Position numbers and translations under genes: made by a program
The notes under the pieces: model-generated
What the model saw: only the letters and a program-made list of their open reading frames with translations
What the model was told of the DNA's origin: nothing
The model's database searches: none
In this document: piece by piece, positions 1 to 9,543 of the stretch
Position numbering within the stretch: position 1 is the stretch's first letter
How the letters are laid out: the number at the start of each line of letters is the position of its first letter
From: Candidatus Angelobacter sp.
GTDB taxonomy: Bacteria; Chloroflexota; Dormibacteria; Aeolococcales; Aeolococcaceae
NCBI GenBank assembly: GCA_035569495.1
Contig: DATMMX010000012.1
Span: forward strand, 176,602-240,601
Direction of reading: 5' to 3'
DNA: 64,000 nucleotides

Positions 1-1969
1 GCAGCCGCGCGGTGAACTGGGGCAGGCGCTGCATGGTGTCGTGGCCCAGTGTGGTCGTGGCGCAGAGCGGGATCAGGCCGACGATGGAGCGGCCGTGCAC
101 CGGCAGCGTGTTGCCGCTGTCCTCGTGGAGCACGTCGTAGTAGTAGCCGTCCTGCTCGTCCCACATGCCGCTGCCGTTGATCGCCTCGGCGATGCGCACG
201 AAGTGCTCGAAGAACTTGGTGGCGACGTCCTCGTAGGTGTCGTCATGCGCGGCCAGCACCAGGGCCAGCTCCAGCATGTTGAGGCAGTACATGGCCATCC
301 ATGCGGTGCCGTCGGCCTGGTCGAGGTGGGCGCTCATCACCGGCAGCCGCGAGCGGTCGAAGGGGCCGACGTTGTCGAGGCCGAGGAAGCCGCCCTCGAA
401 CACGTTGCTGCCGTCAGGGTCCTTGCGGTTGACCCACCAGGTGAAGTTGATCAGCAACTTGTGGAAGATGCGCTCCAGGAAGTGGTAGTCGTCGTCGCCG
501 GCGATCTCGAAGACGCGCAGCGCGGCCCACGCGTGCACCGGCGGGTTGACGTCGTCGAACGCCCACTCGTAGGCGGGGAGCTGGCCGTTGGGGTGCATGT
601 ACCACTCGCGGCACAGCGTGATGAGTTGCTGCTTGGCGAAGGCGGGGTCGACGCGCGCCAGGACCACACAGTGGAAGCCGAGGTCCCAGGCGGCGAACCA
701 CGGGTACTCCCAGGTGTCGGGCATGGAGAGCACGTCGCGGGCGTTGAAGTGGCGCCAGTGGCTGTTGCGGCCGTCCTCGCGCTGCGGCGGTGGCGGTGGC
801 TGGCCGGCGTCGCCGTCGAGCCAGCGGGCCACGTCGTAGTGGTAGAACTGCTTGCCCCACAGCATGCCGGCGTGGGCCTGGCGGAGCATCGACTTCTCGT
901 CGTCGCTCGCCGTTGGCGGTTGCAGCGAGGCGTGGAACGCGTCGGCCTCGCTGAGGCGCGCGTGCATGACGGCGTCGAAGCCCGCGCCGAGGTCGCCGTC
1001 GCCGCGGCCCAGGCGCAGGCGGATCTCCGCGGTGGCGCCGGGGTCGAGGGTGAGGACGTGGTGGAAGGCGGCCTTGGTGCCGGTGCCGTCGGGGCGGACG
1101 CTGGGCACGTCGTGGACCACGCGGTCGTTGATGCCGTCCTTGGGGTACAGCGGGCCGGGGCAGTCCCACAGACGGCGGGCGTTGGTCTCGTTGTCGCAGG
1201 CGTACGCGTCCTGTGGCGCCGGCGCGGTGACCAGGGTCCACTCGCCGAGGGTGGCGTCCGCCGCCGTCATCCGCGCGGGCTCGGTGCGGATCAGCGGCTT
1301 GCGCGCGGTGGGATTCCATGACCAGCGATTGCGGAACCACAGGGTGGGCAGCAGGTGCAGGGTGTCGCGCACCGGGCCGCTGTTGTGCACGCTGACGCGG
1401 ATGCAGATGTCCTCGGGCGACGCCTTGGCGTAGTCGGCGATGACGTCCCAGTAGCCGGCGTCGAGCACGTCGGTGTCGAGCAGCTCGTATTCAGGATCAT
1501 CGCGGCCGCGGGCGTGGTTGACCGACACCAGCGCGTCGTAGGGGAAGACGTTCTGCGGATAGACGTAGCGCCAGCGCATCCACGAATGCGTCGGCGTCGA
1601 GTCGAGGTACCACCAGTACTCCTTGGCGTCCTCGCCGTGGTTCCCCTCGGGACCGGCGAGGCCGAAGACGCGCTCCTTGAGGATGGGGTCGCGCCCGTTC
1701 CAGAAGGCCAGCGCCAGGCAGAGGATCTGACGGTCGTCGCTGATGCCGCCGAGCCCGTCCTCGCCCCAGCGATAGGCGCGCGAGCGGGCGTGGTCGTGGG
1801 GGAAGGAGTCCCAGGCGGTGCCATCGGCGCTGTAGTCCTCGCGCACGTTGCCCCAGCAGCGCTCGCTGAGGTACGGCCCCCAGCGCCGCCATGCCTGGGC
1901 GCCGCTGTCGGCCTCGGCGAGGCGCCGCCGCTCCGCGTCGCTCACGGCGTCGTCGTCGGGGGTGGGCAT
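1..1969 (-). CDS. Glycoside hydrolase family 63 (mannosylglycerate/glucosylglycerate hydrolase-like); 3' end runs off the window
   Basis: The minus-strand frame is not in the ORF track because it has no in-window stop. Hand translation from the ATG at 1969..1967 gives MPTPDDDAVSDAERRRLAEADSGAQAWRRWGPYLSERCWGNVREDYSADGTAWDSFPHDHARSRAYRWGEDGLGGISDD... The WRRWGPYLSERxWG.VREDYS N-terminal signature is typical of bacterial GH63 enzymes (MGH/GgH/YgjK-like). Confidence 0.7.
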   Translation of the reverse strand, partial: MPTPDDDAVSDAERRRLAEADSGAQAWRRWGPYLSERCWGNVREDYSADGTAWDSFPHDHARSRAYRWGEDGLGGISDDRQILCLALAFWNGRDPILKERVFGLAGPEGNHGEDAKEYWWYLDSTPTHSWMRWRYVYPQNVFPYDALVSVNHARGRDDPEYELLDTDVLDAGYWDVIADYAKASPEDICIRVSVHNSGPVRDTLHLLPTLWFRNRWSWNPTARKPLIRTEPARMTAADATLGEWTLVTAPAPQDAYACDNETNARRLWDCPGPLYPKDGINDRVVHDVPSVRPDGTGTKAAFHHVLTLDPGATAEIRLRLGRGDGDLGAGFDAVMHARLSEADAFHASLQPPTASDDEKSMLRQAHAGMLWGKQFYHYDVARWLDGDAGQPPPPPQREDGRNSHWRHFNARDVLSMPDTWEYPWFAAWDLGFHCVVLARVDPAFAKQQLITLCREWYMHPNGQLPAYEWAFDDVNPPVHAWAALRVFEIAGDDDYHFLERIFHKLLINFTWWVNRKDPDGSNVFEGGFLGLDNVGPFDRSRLPVMSAHLDQADGTAWMAMYCLNMLELALVLAAHDDTYEDVATKFFEHFVRIAEAINGSGMWDEQDGYYYDVLHEDSGNTLPVHGRSIVGLIPLCATTTLGHDTMQRLPQFTARL

Positions 1970-2015
1970 CGCCGAGCGATGATAGCCCGCGCCGCAGCCC
2001 GCGGCCCGTGCGGGC

Positions 2016-4004
2016 GTGGCATCATGCCGGGCCATGCCCACGCCTGCACCCTGCGGGTCCTGGCGCTCGCCGATCAGCGCCTCGATGCTCGCCGAGCAGA
2101 CCATCCGCATCGGCGCGCCCGCCCTCGACGGCGACGATCTCTACTGGCTGGAGCTGCGCCCCGCCGAGCAGGGGCGCAACGTGCTGGTGCGCCGCTCCGC
2201 GGACGGCCGGGTCGCGGACGTGACCACGGCGCCACACAACGTGCGCAGCCGCGTCCACGAATACGGCGGCGGCGCGTACCTGGTTGCTGACCGGGTGGTC
2301 TGGTACAGCAACATCGCCGACGGCCGCATCCACCGCGTCGATCCCGGCGCTGAGCCGCGGCCGATCACGCGCGAGGGTGAGCTGCGCTACGCCGACATGG
2401 TGTACGACGCGCGCCGCGACCGCATCGTCTGCGTGCGCGAGGACCACGAGAACCTGGCGCCGTCGTCGACGCCGGGCGCGGGCGATCGCGGGCCCGAGCC
2501 GGTGAGCGCCATCGTCGCGCTTCCCGCCCGCGGCGAGGGCCGGCAACGCGTGCTGGTCGAGGGCGCCGACTTCCACGCGGCGCCGCGACTGTCGCCGGAC
2601 GGCGCGCGGCTGTGCTGGCAGAGCTGGAACCATCCGGACATGCCCTGGGACGGCTGCGAGCTGTACGTCGCCGATGTGGACGGCGGCGGCTCGCTCAGCG
2701 GCGCGCGCCTGGTCGCCGGCGGGCGCGGCGAGTCGATCGCCCAGCCGTCGTGGTCGCCGGACGGCGTGCTCCACTTCGTCTCCGACCGCAGCGGGTGGTG
2801 GAACCTCTACCGCGACGGCGCCGCGGGCGTCGAGGCGCTCACCGTCGAGGAAGCGGAGTTCGCCGGGCCGCAGTGGGTGTTCGGCATGTCGCAGTACGCC
2901 TTCGACGGGCTGTCGCGCATCGTCTGCGCGTACACCGTCGCGGGCGTGTCGCGGCTCGGCATTGTCGACGCCGGCGAACGCACGCTGACGCCGATCCCTT
3001 TGCCATACAACGACATATCGCCGTGGTTGCAGGTGCGCGGCGGGGTAGCGTACATGGTGGCGGCCACCGCGACGGAGCCGCGTGCGCTGGTCCGCGTCGA
3101 GCTGGCCACCGGCGCGACCAGGGTGATCCGCTCCAGCGAGTCCGTCGACCTCGGCGGCGAATGGATCTCCGTACCGGAGACACTGCGCTTCCCCACCGAG
3201 GGCGGACGCGACGCATACGCGTTCCTGTATCCGCCACGCAACCCTGACTGCACCGTGCCCGGCGGGGAGCTGCCGCCACTGCTCGTGCGCACCCACGGCG
3301 GCCCCACCGCCGCGCAGGCGCCCGCGTTCAGCCTCGACACGCAGTACTGGACGACGCGCGGCTTCGCGGTGCTCGACGTCAACTACGGCGGCAGCAGCGG
3401 CTACGGCCGCGAGTACCGCGCGCGCCTCGATGGCGCCTGGGGTGTGGTCGACGTCGAGGACTGCGTCAACGGCGCGCTCCACCTGGTCCGCGCCGGCCGC
3501 GTCGACGGGGCGCGGCTGGCCATCGACGGCGGCAGCGCAGGTGGCTACACCACCCTGGCCGCGCTCACCTTCCGCGACACCTTTGCCACCGGCGCCAGCT
3601 ACTACGGCGTCGCCGACCTCGAGCTGCTCGCCCTGCACACCCACAAATTCGAGTCCCGCTATATGGACCGGCTGGTCGGTCCATACCCGGAGCGCCGCGA
3701 CCTCTACCGCGAGCGCTCCCCGATCCACCACACCGACCGCCTCGCCCGCCCGGTCATCCTCTTCCAGGGCCTCGACGACCGCGTCGTCCCGCCCGAGCAG
3801 GCCGAGGCGATGTTCGAGGCGGTGCGCGCCAAGGGGCTGCCCTGCGCCTACCTCGCCTTCGAGGGCGAGGACCACGGCTTCCGCAAGGCGGAGAGCATCG
3901 TCCGCGCCCAGGAGGCCGAGCTCTCCTTCTACGCGCGCGTCTTCGGCTTCGAGCCCGCCGACCCCGTCGAGCCCCTGCACATCGAGAACCTGCCCGCCAC
4001 GTGA
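2016..4004 (+). CDS. S9 family serine peptidase (acylaminoacyl-peptidase / prolyl oligopeptidase-like) with an N-terminal beta-propeller
   Basis: The 662-aa ORF has a nucleophile-elbow motif GGSAGGYTTLAAL. An Asp (LFQGLDDRVVPPEQAE) and a His (FEGEDHGF) follow downstream, and the N-terminal region has WSPDG-type propeller repeats. The start could be one of the internal Met codons (2034 or 2085). Confidence 0.85.
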   Translation: MASCRAMPTPAPCGSWRSPISASMLAEQTIRIGAPALDGDDLYWLELRPAEQGRNVLVRRSADGRVADVTTAPHNVRSRVHEYGGGAYLVADRVVWYSNIADGRIHRVDPGAEPRPITREGELRYADMVYDARRDRIVCVREDHENLAPSSTPGAGDRGPEPVSAIVALPARGEGRQRVLVEGADFHAAPRLSPDGARLCWQSWNHPDMPWDGCELYVADVDGGGSLSGARLVAGGRGESIAQPSWSPDGVLHFVSDRSGWWNLYRDGAAGVEALTVEEAEFAGPQWVFGMSQYAFDGLSRIVCAYTVAGVSRLGIVDAGERTLTPIPLPYNDISPWLQVRGGVAYMVAATATEPRALVRVELATGATRVIRSSESVDLGGEWISVPETLRFPTEGGRDAYAFLYPPRNPDCTVPGGELPPLLVRTHGGPTAAQAPAFSLDTQYWTTRGFAVLDVNYGGSSGYGREYRARLDGAWGVVDVEDCVNGALHLVRAGRVDGARLAIDGGSAGGYTTLAALTFRDTFATGASYYGVADLELLALHTHKFESRYMDRLVGPYPERRDLYRERSPIHHTDRLARPVILFQGLDDRVVPPEQAEAMFEAVRAKGLPCAYLAFEGEDHGFRKAESIVRAQEAELSFYARVFGFEPADPVEPLHIENLPAT

Positions 4005-5215
4005 GCGCTCCCTGTCCGCAGTGCGGCGCAGCGCTGCCCACCGATCCGCGTTTCGTCAGCTGGTGCGAGGCGTGCGACTGGAACCTGGAGCCCCGCGGTG
4101 CTCGGCAGGAGGAGGAGAAGCCGCGACAGCGACGCGGCCGTGAGCGCGCACTGCGGCGCGCGCAGCGGCTGCACGACGAGATGGTGCGCCGCGGCACAGA
4201 CGAGGCGGGCGTCGACGCGGGTCGAGTGCTCACCTACGGGCTGGCGGTGATCGTGCTGGCCATCCCCGTGGCGCTGTTCGGGCTCGGCGTGCTGCTGCTG
4301 GTGGCCAGCGGCTTCACGGTCGTCGGCATCGTGCTCGCCATGGTCATCATCGCCACCGCAATCGTGGCACGGCCGCGCTTCGGACGCCGCCCTGCGAAGA
4401 GTGAGGCGACCGTGGGCCGCGCCGCCGCGCCGGCGCTCTATGCCGTGCTCGACCGCCTCGCTTTGGCGACCGCCGCGCGGGTGCCCGTGTACGTTGTGGT
4501 CGATGGTGACTACAACGCGGCGACGCGCTTCGTCGGGCTGCGCCGCCGAGTCGAGCTGCGCATCGGCATGCCGCTCTGGGCGGTGCTCGACGACCCGGAG
4601 CGCATCGCCGTGCTCGCCCACGAGATGGCCCATCAGAGCAACGGTGACAGCGCGCACTCGCTGGTGGTCGGTGGCGCCATGGGCACGCTGGTCGAGCTGC
4701 AGCTGCTCTTCGCCCCGTCGCGGGTGTTCCACCATGCCAGCATCGGCGCCGCGCTGTCGGAGCTGGTGCGCGGCGGGTTCGCGGCACTGCTGCGGGGAGT
4801 GCGGCGAGGCATGGAGCTGCTGCTGGCACGGCCCCACCAGCGCGCCGAGTACCGGGCCGACGCACTGGCAGCGCGCGTGGCCGGGGGCGAGGCAATGGCC
4901 CGGACCCTGGGAGCGCTGCTGCTCGCCGACTCGTGCCGCTTCGCCGTCCAGCGCGCACGCAGCCGCGGCAGCGAGGAGGACGCGCTGAGCATCGTTCGCG
5001 CCCACGTCGAGGCGCTGCCCGCACGCGAGCAGGAGCGGCTGCGCCGCGTGGCCGCCCGGCAGGGCAGCCGGGTCGACGCCAGCCATCCGCCGACCCCGTT
5101 GCGCATGGAGTGGGTGACCCGCCTGGGTGGCGGGACGGCCCAGGTGGCGGTGTCTCCGGCGGAGTCCGCGGCCGTCTCCGCCGAGCTGCGCGACGCCTGG
5201 GCGCGCCGGCGCTGA
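4001..5215 (+). CDS. M48-family zinc metalloprotease (HtpX-like) with an N-terminal zinc-ribbon and transmembrane segments
   Basis: HEXXH motif (VLAHEMAHQSNGD). N-terminal CPQCG...CEACDW zinc ribbon. Two hydrophobic helices (VLAIPVALFGLGVLLLVASGFTVVGIVLAMVII). The ATGA start overlaps the upstream stop by 4 nt. Confidence 0.75.
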   Translation: MSAPCPQCGAALPTDPRFVSWCEACDWNLEPRGARQEEEKPRQRRGRERALRRAQRLHDEMVRRGTDEAGVDAGRVLTYGLAVIVLAIPVALFGLGVLLLVASGFTVVGIVLAMVIIATAIVARPRFGRRPAKSEATVGRAAAPALYAVLDRLALATAARVPVYVVVDGDYNAATRFVGLRRRVELRIGMPLWAVLDDPERIAVLAHEMAHQSNGDSAHSLVVGGAMGTLVELQLLFAPSRVFHHASIGAALSELVRGGFAALLRGVRRGMELLLARPHQRAEYRADALAARVAGGEAMARTLGALLLADSCRFAVQRARSRGSEEDALSIVRAHVEALPAREQERLRRVAARQGSRVDASHPPTPLRMEWVTRLGGGTAQVAVSPAESAAVSAELRDAWARRR

Positions 5216-5274
5216 GACCATCGCCGCCCGGCGTGACCCGCAAGACCGGCCCGCCTCGGGGCGTCTCCACGACC

Positions 5275-6531
5275 ATGCCCCACAAATACTCCTCGGCCCT
5301 GGCGACCGCCGCCGTGGCGGGTATCGCCCTGACCGCATGCGGCGGCGGCACCTCTGGCGGCAGCGCCGGAACCCCGCTGCTGATCGCCGTGGTCGCCCCC
5401 ACCACCGCTGCGCCCTACCTCGCCCAGACCCTCCACCGCGGCGCCGACCTGGCCATGCGCGAGCTCAACGCCGCGGGAGGGGTGACCGTCAACGGCACCC
5501 GCCACATGGTGCAGATCCGCACCTACGACGATGCCCTCGACCCGCAGCGCACCCGCGCGGCGGTGCAGAACGCCATCCACGACGGCGCCTTCGGCATCGT
5601 CACCGACGGCTACGGCGCCATGGCCGCCGCCGCCGACAGCGACGCTGCGGGCGTGCCGCAGATCGTCATCCAGAACGGCAGCGCCTCGCTCATCGACCCG
5701 CAGGGGCGGCCCAGCCTGTTCCGCGTCGGCATCGCCAACGACGCCGCCGCCTCGATCCTCAGCGCCTACGTGGCCAAGTCCTCCAAGGCGCCCGCCGTGC
5801 TCCACGACGACACCGACAACGGCCGCGACGGCGACAAGCAGCTCCAGCAGGCGCTGCCCACCGCGGGCGTGCACCCGGTGGCGTCGCGCGAGGTGGCCCA
5901 CGACGCGCCCGCCGTCGACGCCCAGGTCCGCGCCGTGCTCGACGCCCACGCGGATTCGCTGATCGTCTGGGGCACCGACACCTTCACCGGCCGCGTCATC
6001 GCCGCCGCCCACGCCGCCGCACCGGAGCTGCCCATCTTCACCGGGCCGAGCGGGGAGAGCCCCGCGGTGCGCGCCCTGGCCGGCGCCGACGCCACCGACG
6101 GCGTCGCCTTCGTCGCCTCGCGGATGACCAGCGAGGTGGATTCGGCCAGCTTCGGCCAGTTCGAGCACCGCCTCGCCGCCGCCGAGGGCGGACCCATCGA
6201 CGCGGGCGTCAAGGACCGCGAGGGCCGCGAGATCCGCCAGCCCGCCGACGTGGAGGTCTTCAGCTACGACGCCGTCGACCTGCTCGCCGCGGCGGCGCAG
6301 AAGCTGGGTTCGCTGCAGCCCTCCGCCAAGCTGCTGCCACTGATGACCCAAACGCGCACGCACAGCGCCAACGGTGACGCGCGCGGCTTCAACCCCGACA
6401 ACCACGAGGGCGTCGCCGACGACGACTTCTACATCGCGCGCTTCCACGACATGGTGTTCGCGCCGGTGAAGGACGAGGCGCTGTCCGCGACGCTGCCCAC
6501 CTCCGACCAGCTCCTTGCCGACTTCCACTGA
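5275..6531 (+). CDS. ABC transporter substrate-binding lipoprotein (Leu/Ile/Val-binding protein family)
   Basis: In-frame ATG at 5275 within the longer ORF 4933..6531. The lipobox-like N-terminus is MPHKYSSALATAAVAGIALTACGGG. The rest is a type-I periplasmic binding protein-like sequence. It lies next to liv-type permease and ATPase genes. Confidence 0.7.
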   Translation: MPHKYSSALATAAVAGIALTACGGGTSGGSAGTPLLIAVVAPTTAAPYLAQTLHRGADLAMRELNAAGGVTVNGTRHMVQIRTYDDALDPQRTRAAVQNAIHDGAFGIVTDGYGAMAAAADSDAAGVPQIVIQNGSASLIDPQGRPSLFRVGIANDAAASILSAYVAKSSKAPAVLHDDTDNGRDGDKQLQQALPTAGVHPVASREVAHDAPAVDAQVRAVLDAHADSLIVWGTDTFTGRVIAAAHAAAPELPIFTGPSGESPAVRALAGADATDGVAFVASRMTSEVDSASFGQFEHRLAAAEGGPIDAGVKDREGREIRQPADVEVFSYDAVDLLAAAAQKLGSLQPSAKLLPLMTQTRTHSANGDARGFNPDNHEGVADDDFYIARFHDMVFAPVKDEALSATLPTSDQLLADFH

Positions 6532-7150
6532 CCGGCGCCGGCGTGCCCTGCTCTGCACCGCGCTGGCCGCGCTGGCGGGACTGCTGAGCGGCTGCAGCGA
6601 GGCCCAGGTGGCCCGGACGACACCGGTGGCGTCGGCGACGCCGATCGTGCTCGCCACGCTGCCGCCGATCGGCTTCAACCACCGCTACGGCAACAACCCG
6701 GTGGCCGCCGCCGACGCCTTCGCCCTGGAGCGAAAGCTGTTCTCCCAGAAGGAGTATTGGGAGGTCGGGCTACGCGCCGACCCGGCCGCCGCGGGCTTCG
6801 TCGACGAGAGCGACCCCAACGCCACCGCCGCCGCGCGCGGCCGGTTCAGCACCATCTTCGTGATCCTCGCGTCGGAGTCACTGCCGACCTTGCGCGCGCT
6901 GCTGGCGGGTGGCGACGCGGGGCAGCAGCAGTACTGCCAGCAGCTCGTCGACGGGCTGCGCACCCAGGGCTACACCGGGCTGCAGAACGTGACCATGGCG
7001 GTGTTCTTCGGCGAGAACGACCGCCATGCGGACCTGACCTGGAGCAGGGGCGGCGGCTACACCTTCAAGATCCTCGACAACAACCTCAACGGCGCGCTGC
7101 AGACGCCGATTCCGACCGCGACGCCGTTCGCTACTCCGCCGCCGCACTGA
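6515..7150 (+). CDS. Hypothetical lipoprotein
   Basis: N-terminus ...ALAALAGLLSGCSEAQ with a lipobox (LSGC). No recognisable domain. Overlaps the SBP stop region and converges on livF. Confidence 0.45.
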   Translation: MPTSTDRRRRALLCTALAALAGLLSGCSEAQVARTTPVASATPIVLATLPPIGFNHRYGNNPVAAADAFALERKLFSQKEYWEVGLRADPAAAGFVDESDPNATAAARGRFSTIFVILASESLPTLRALLAGGDAGQQQYCQQLVDGLRTQGYTGLQNVTMAVFFGENDRHADLTWSRGGGYTFKILDNNLNGALQTPIPTATPFATPPPH

Positions 7151-7778
7151 GGCGGCCGCCGGTGAGGTGCAGCGCGGCGGGCGCGGGGAGCGGGGCTCCC
7201 GGCTGATCGAGCCAGAGCACGGCGGCGCCGCGGGCGGCCTCGTCTCGTGCCAATGCGAGCACGGCGTCGACCACCGATGCGGCGAGGCCGGTGGTGGGAC
7301 TGTCGAGGACCAGGGCGTGCGGTTGCGGCATCCATGCGCAGGCGATGCGCAGGGCCTGGTGCTCGCCGCCGCTGAGCCGCTCGGCGCGCAGGTTGCGGCG
7401 GGCGGCGAGCAGGGGGAAACGGTCGAAGATGGCAGCAACCCGGCGGGTGCGGTCCTGTGTTGTGGCGGCGGCGAGGGCCAGGGCCTCGCTGACGGTGATG
7501 CCGCGCAGGCGCAGCGGGGCGTTGGGGACGGCGGCGAGGCCGGCGCGGAGACGGGCTGAAGGGGGGCCGTCGAGCAGGCGGCCGTTCAGGCGCACGTCGC
7601 CGCGGGTTCCATCGAGCGCACCGGAGAGTGTGGAGGCGAGCATCGTCTTGCCGGAGTCGGTGGCGCCGGTCAGCACGGTGCAGCGGCCGGCGGGCGCCTC
7701 CAGCGCGGGGACGTCGAGCAGGACGCGGCCGTCGCGCTCGACGCGCAGGCCCTGGATCCGCAGGCCGTCGCCGGTCAT
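7131..7778 (-). CDS. livF: Branched-chain amino acid ABC transporter ATP-binding protein (LivF-like)
   Basis: Internal start MTGDGLRIQGLRVERDGRVLLDVPALEAPAGRCTVLTGATDSGKTML. Walker A (GATDSGKT), signature (LSGGEHQ) and Walker B (LVLDSP) are present. The longer ORF to 8102 is an N-terminal over-extension. Confidence 0.8.
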   Translation of the reverse strand: MTGDGLRIQGLRVERDGRVLLDVPALEAPAGRCTVLTGATDSGKTMLASTLSGALDGTRGDVRLNGRLLDGPPSARLRAGLAAVPNAPLRLRGITVSEALALAAATTQDRTRRVAAIFDRFPLLAARRNLRAERLSGGEHQALRIACAWMPQPHALVLDSPTTGLAASVVDAVLALARDEAARGAAVLWLDQPGAPLPAPAALHLTGGRLSAAAE

Positions 7779-9511
7779 GCGGGCGCGGTGCCGGACGCCG
7801 GGTCCGTCGAGGCGTCGGGGTCGAGCCGGTACAGCTCGGTGGTCGCGGTGGCGATGCGGGCCAGCGAGGCGCGGTCGTGCTCGGCGACCACCAGCGTCAC
7901 GCCCGCGGCCGCGGCGGCGCGCAGGCCCTGGAGCGCCAGCTCGCGGTCGGCGCCGTCGAGCCCGGCGAGCGGCTCGTCGCAGAGCAGCACCGAGGGACGC
8001 AGCAGCAGCACCCGGGCCAGCTCCACGCGCCGCCGCACGCCGTGGGACAGCGACTCGCACAGGGCCGCCTCCACGTCCTCGAGCCCGAGCAGCTCGGACC
8101 ACTCTGCGGCCGCCTCACGCGCGTCGCGACGGGAACGGCCTCCCGCCCGGGCAGCCAGCCGCAGCGTCTCGGCGACGGTCGTCCCTGGCCATCCCCCGCC
8201 CCGCTGCGGCAGCACCGCGACCCGCGCGCCGGTGACGGTGGGTTCGAGACGGACCGCGCCACCACCGCCGCGTCCATGCAGCACCTCGGCGACCTGGCGC
8301 AGCGCGGTGCTCTTGCCCGCCCCGTTGGGACCGACCAGGCCGTGCACCGTGCCGGGCGGCACCGACATGTCGAGGCGCGTCAGCGGCGCGGCGCCCGGCT
8401 CGGGCACCACGTCGAGCCCACGCACCACCAGCCCCACAGGTCCGCCGGGTGGGTGCAGCGACGGCCACACCACCTCGACGCGGGCCGCGACCAGCCCGCG
8501 GTCGCCATCCGACCATGGCGCGGCCGCTCCACCGGCGTCCCGGGCCTCCGCCTCCGGCGCGGTGGCAGCCACGCGGCCATCCCGGCGCCGCCACCACGGC
8601 CGCCACCCCACCGCCCCCGGCAGCACCAGGAGCGTCAGTGCCGCCAGCACCCCGGTCGCCAGCGCCTCGGGTCCGGGCGGCCCCGTCCACCCCAGTGCGG
8701 GCAGCACGCGCAGCCCGAGCGCCCCGACCGCCGCCCCCAGCAGCGCCGCCGCCGCCGGACCGCCGCGCCCCGCGAGCAGCGCCGCCAGCAGCGGCAGCAC
8801 CGCCGCGTCCACGGAGAACGCCGAGGGCGACGCCACCCCGGTCGCATGCACCGCCAGCACCCCGCCCAGCCCCGCCAGCGCCCCGCTCACCGCCAGCGCC
8901 GCCAGCGTCCCCCGGAGCGGCCGCAGCCCGGCATCCCGGCTGCGCGCGCGGTCGCCGCCGATGGCCCGCCAGCGCGCCCCCGGCAGCGCCAGCAGCACGG
9001 TGCCGCACACCACCACCCCCGCCGCCACCAGCAGCAGGGTCACATGCAGGATTCCCGCCGGCCCGAACACCAGCGAATCGCCCCCCGGCAGCGGCACCGA
9101 CAGGATCGGCACCGGCTGCAGCCCCGAGGCGCCGCCGAGCAGGTCGGGCAGCGCCGCCACGAGCGCCCCGCCCGCCAGCGTCGCCACCAAGGTCAGGGCG
9201 ACGAACGCCGCCGCACTCAGCCGCGCCCCCACCACGCCCAGCGCCACGGACGCCGCCACTGCCATCCCCACGCCGCCCAGCATGGCCAGGGGCACCGCCC
9301 ACCCGTGCATCGCCGCATAGCCGCTCGCATACCCCGCCACCCCGCCCACCGCGGCCACCCCCAGTGACGGCCGCCCCACCGCGAGCGCCACCGAGGCCGC
9401 CGCCGCCAGCGCCCCGCGGGTCACCGCCAGGGTCACGTCGGTGACGTCCCCCGGCGCGAGCCACGCCGGCACCAGCGCCGCCAGCAGCGCCGCGACCGCC
9501 GCCGCCGCCAT
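7775..9511 (-). CDS. Fused branched-chain amino acid ABC permease (LivM-like) and ATP-binding domain (LivG-like)
   Basis: Starts at MAAAAVAALLAALVPAW (ATG at 9511). About 330 aa of multi-pass membrane domain run directly, in the same frame, into an ABC ATPase with GPNGAGKST Walker A, LSHGVRRRVELARVLL signature and LLCDEPLAGLD Walker B. The ORF 7775..10462 is an over-extension. Confidence 0.75.
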   Translation of the reverse strand: MAAAAVAALLAALVPAWLAPGDVTDVTLAVTRGALAAAASVALAVGRPSLGVAAVGGVAGYASGYAAMHGWAVPLAMLGGVGMAVAASVALGVVGARLSAAAFVALTLVATLAGGALVAALPDLLGGASGLQPVPILSVPLPGGDSLVFGPAGILHVTLLLVAAGVVVCGTVLLALPGARWRAIGGDRARSRDAGLRPLRGTLAALAVSGALAGLGGVLAVHATGVASPSAFSVDAAVLPLLAALLAGRGGPAAAALLGAAVGALGLRVLPALGWTGPPGPEALATGVLAALTLLVLPGAVGWRPWWRRRDGRVAATAPEAEARDAGGAAAPWSDGDRGLVAARVEVVWPSLHPPGGPVGLVVRGLDVVPEPGAAPLTRLDMSVPPGTVHGLVGPNGAGKSTALRQVAEVLHGRGGGGAVRLEPTVTGARVAVLPQRGGGWPGTTVAETLRLAARAGGRSRRDAREAAAEWSELLGLEDVEAALCESLSHGVRRRVELARVLLLRPSVLLCDEPLAGLDGADRELALQGLRAAAAAGVTLVVAEHDRASLARIATATTELYRLDPDASTDPASGTAPA

Positions 9512-9543
9512 CCACCCCCGCGCCCCGCGCCACGACGCCCCGC

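Noticed and set aside
41-1321. 426-aa + strand ORF
   Set aside because: Antisense to the GH63 gene, with a low-complexity Ala/Val/Gly/Arg-rich translation and no motifs.
2022-3980. 652-aa minus-strand ORF
   Set aside because: Antisense to the S9 peptidase gene, which has clear catalytic motifs. The minus-strand translation is low-complexity.
4347-6678. Overlapping minus-strand ORFs of 352 and 681 aa
   Set aside because: They are antisense to the M48 protease and SBP genes. Their translations are Arg/Pro/Ala-rich with no features.
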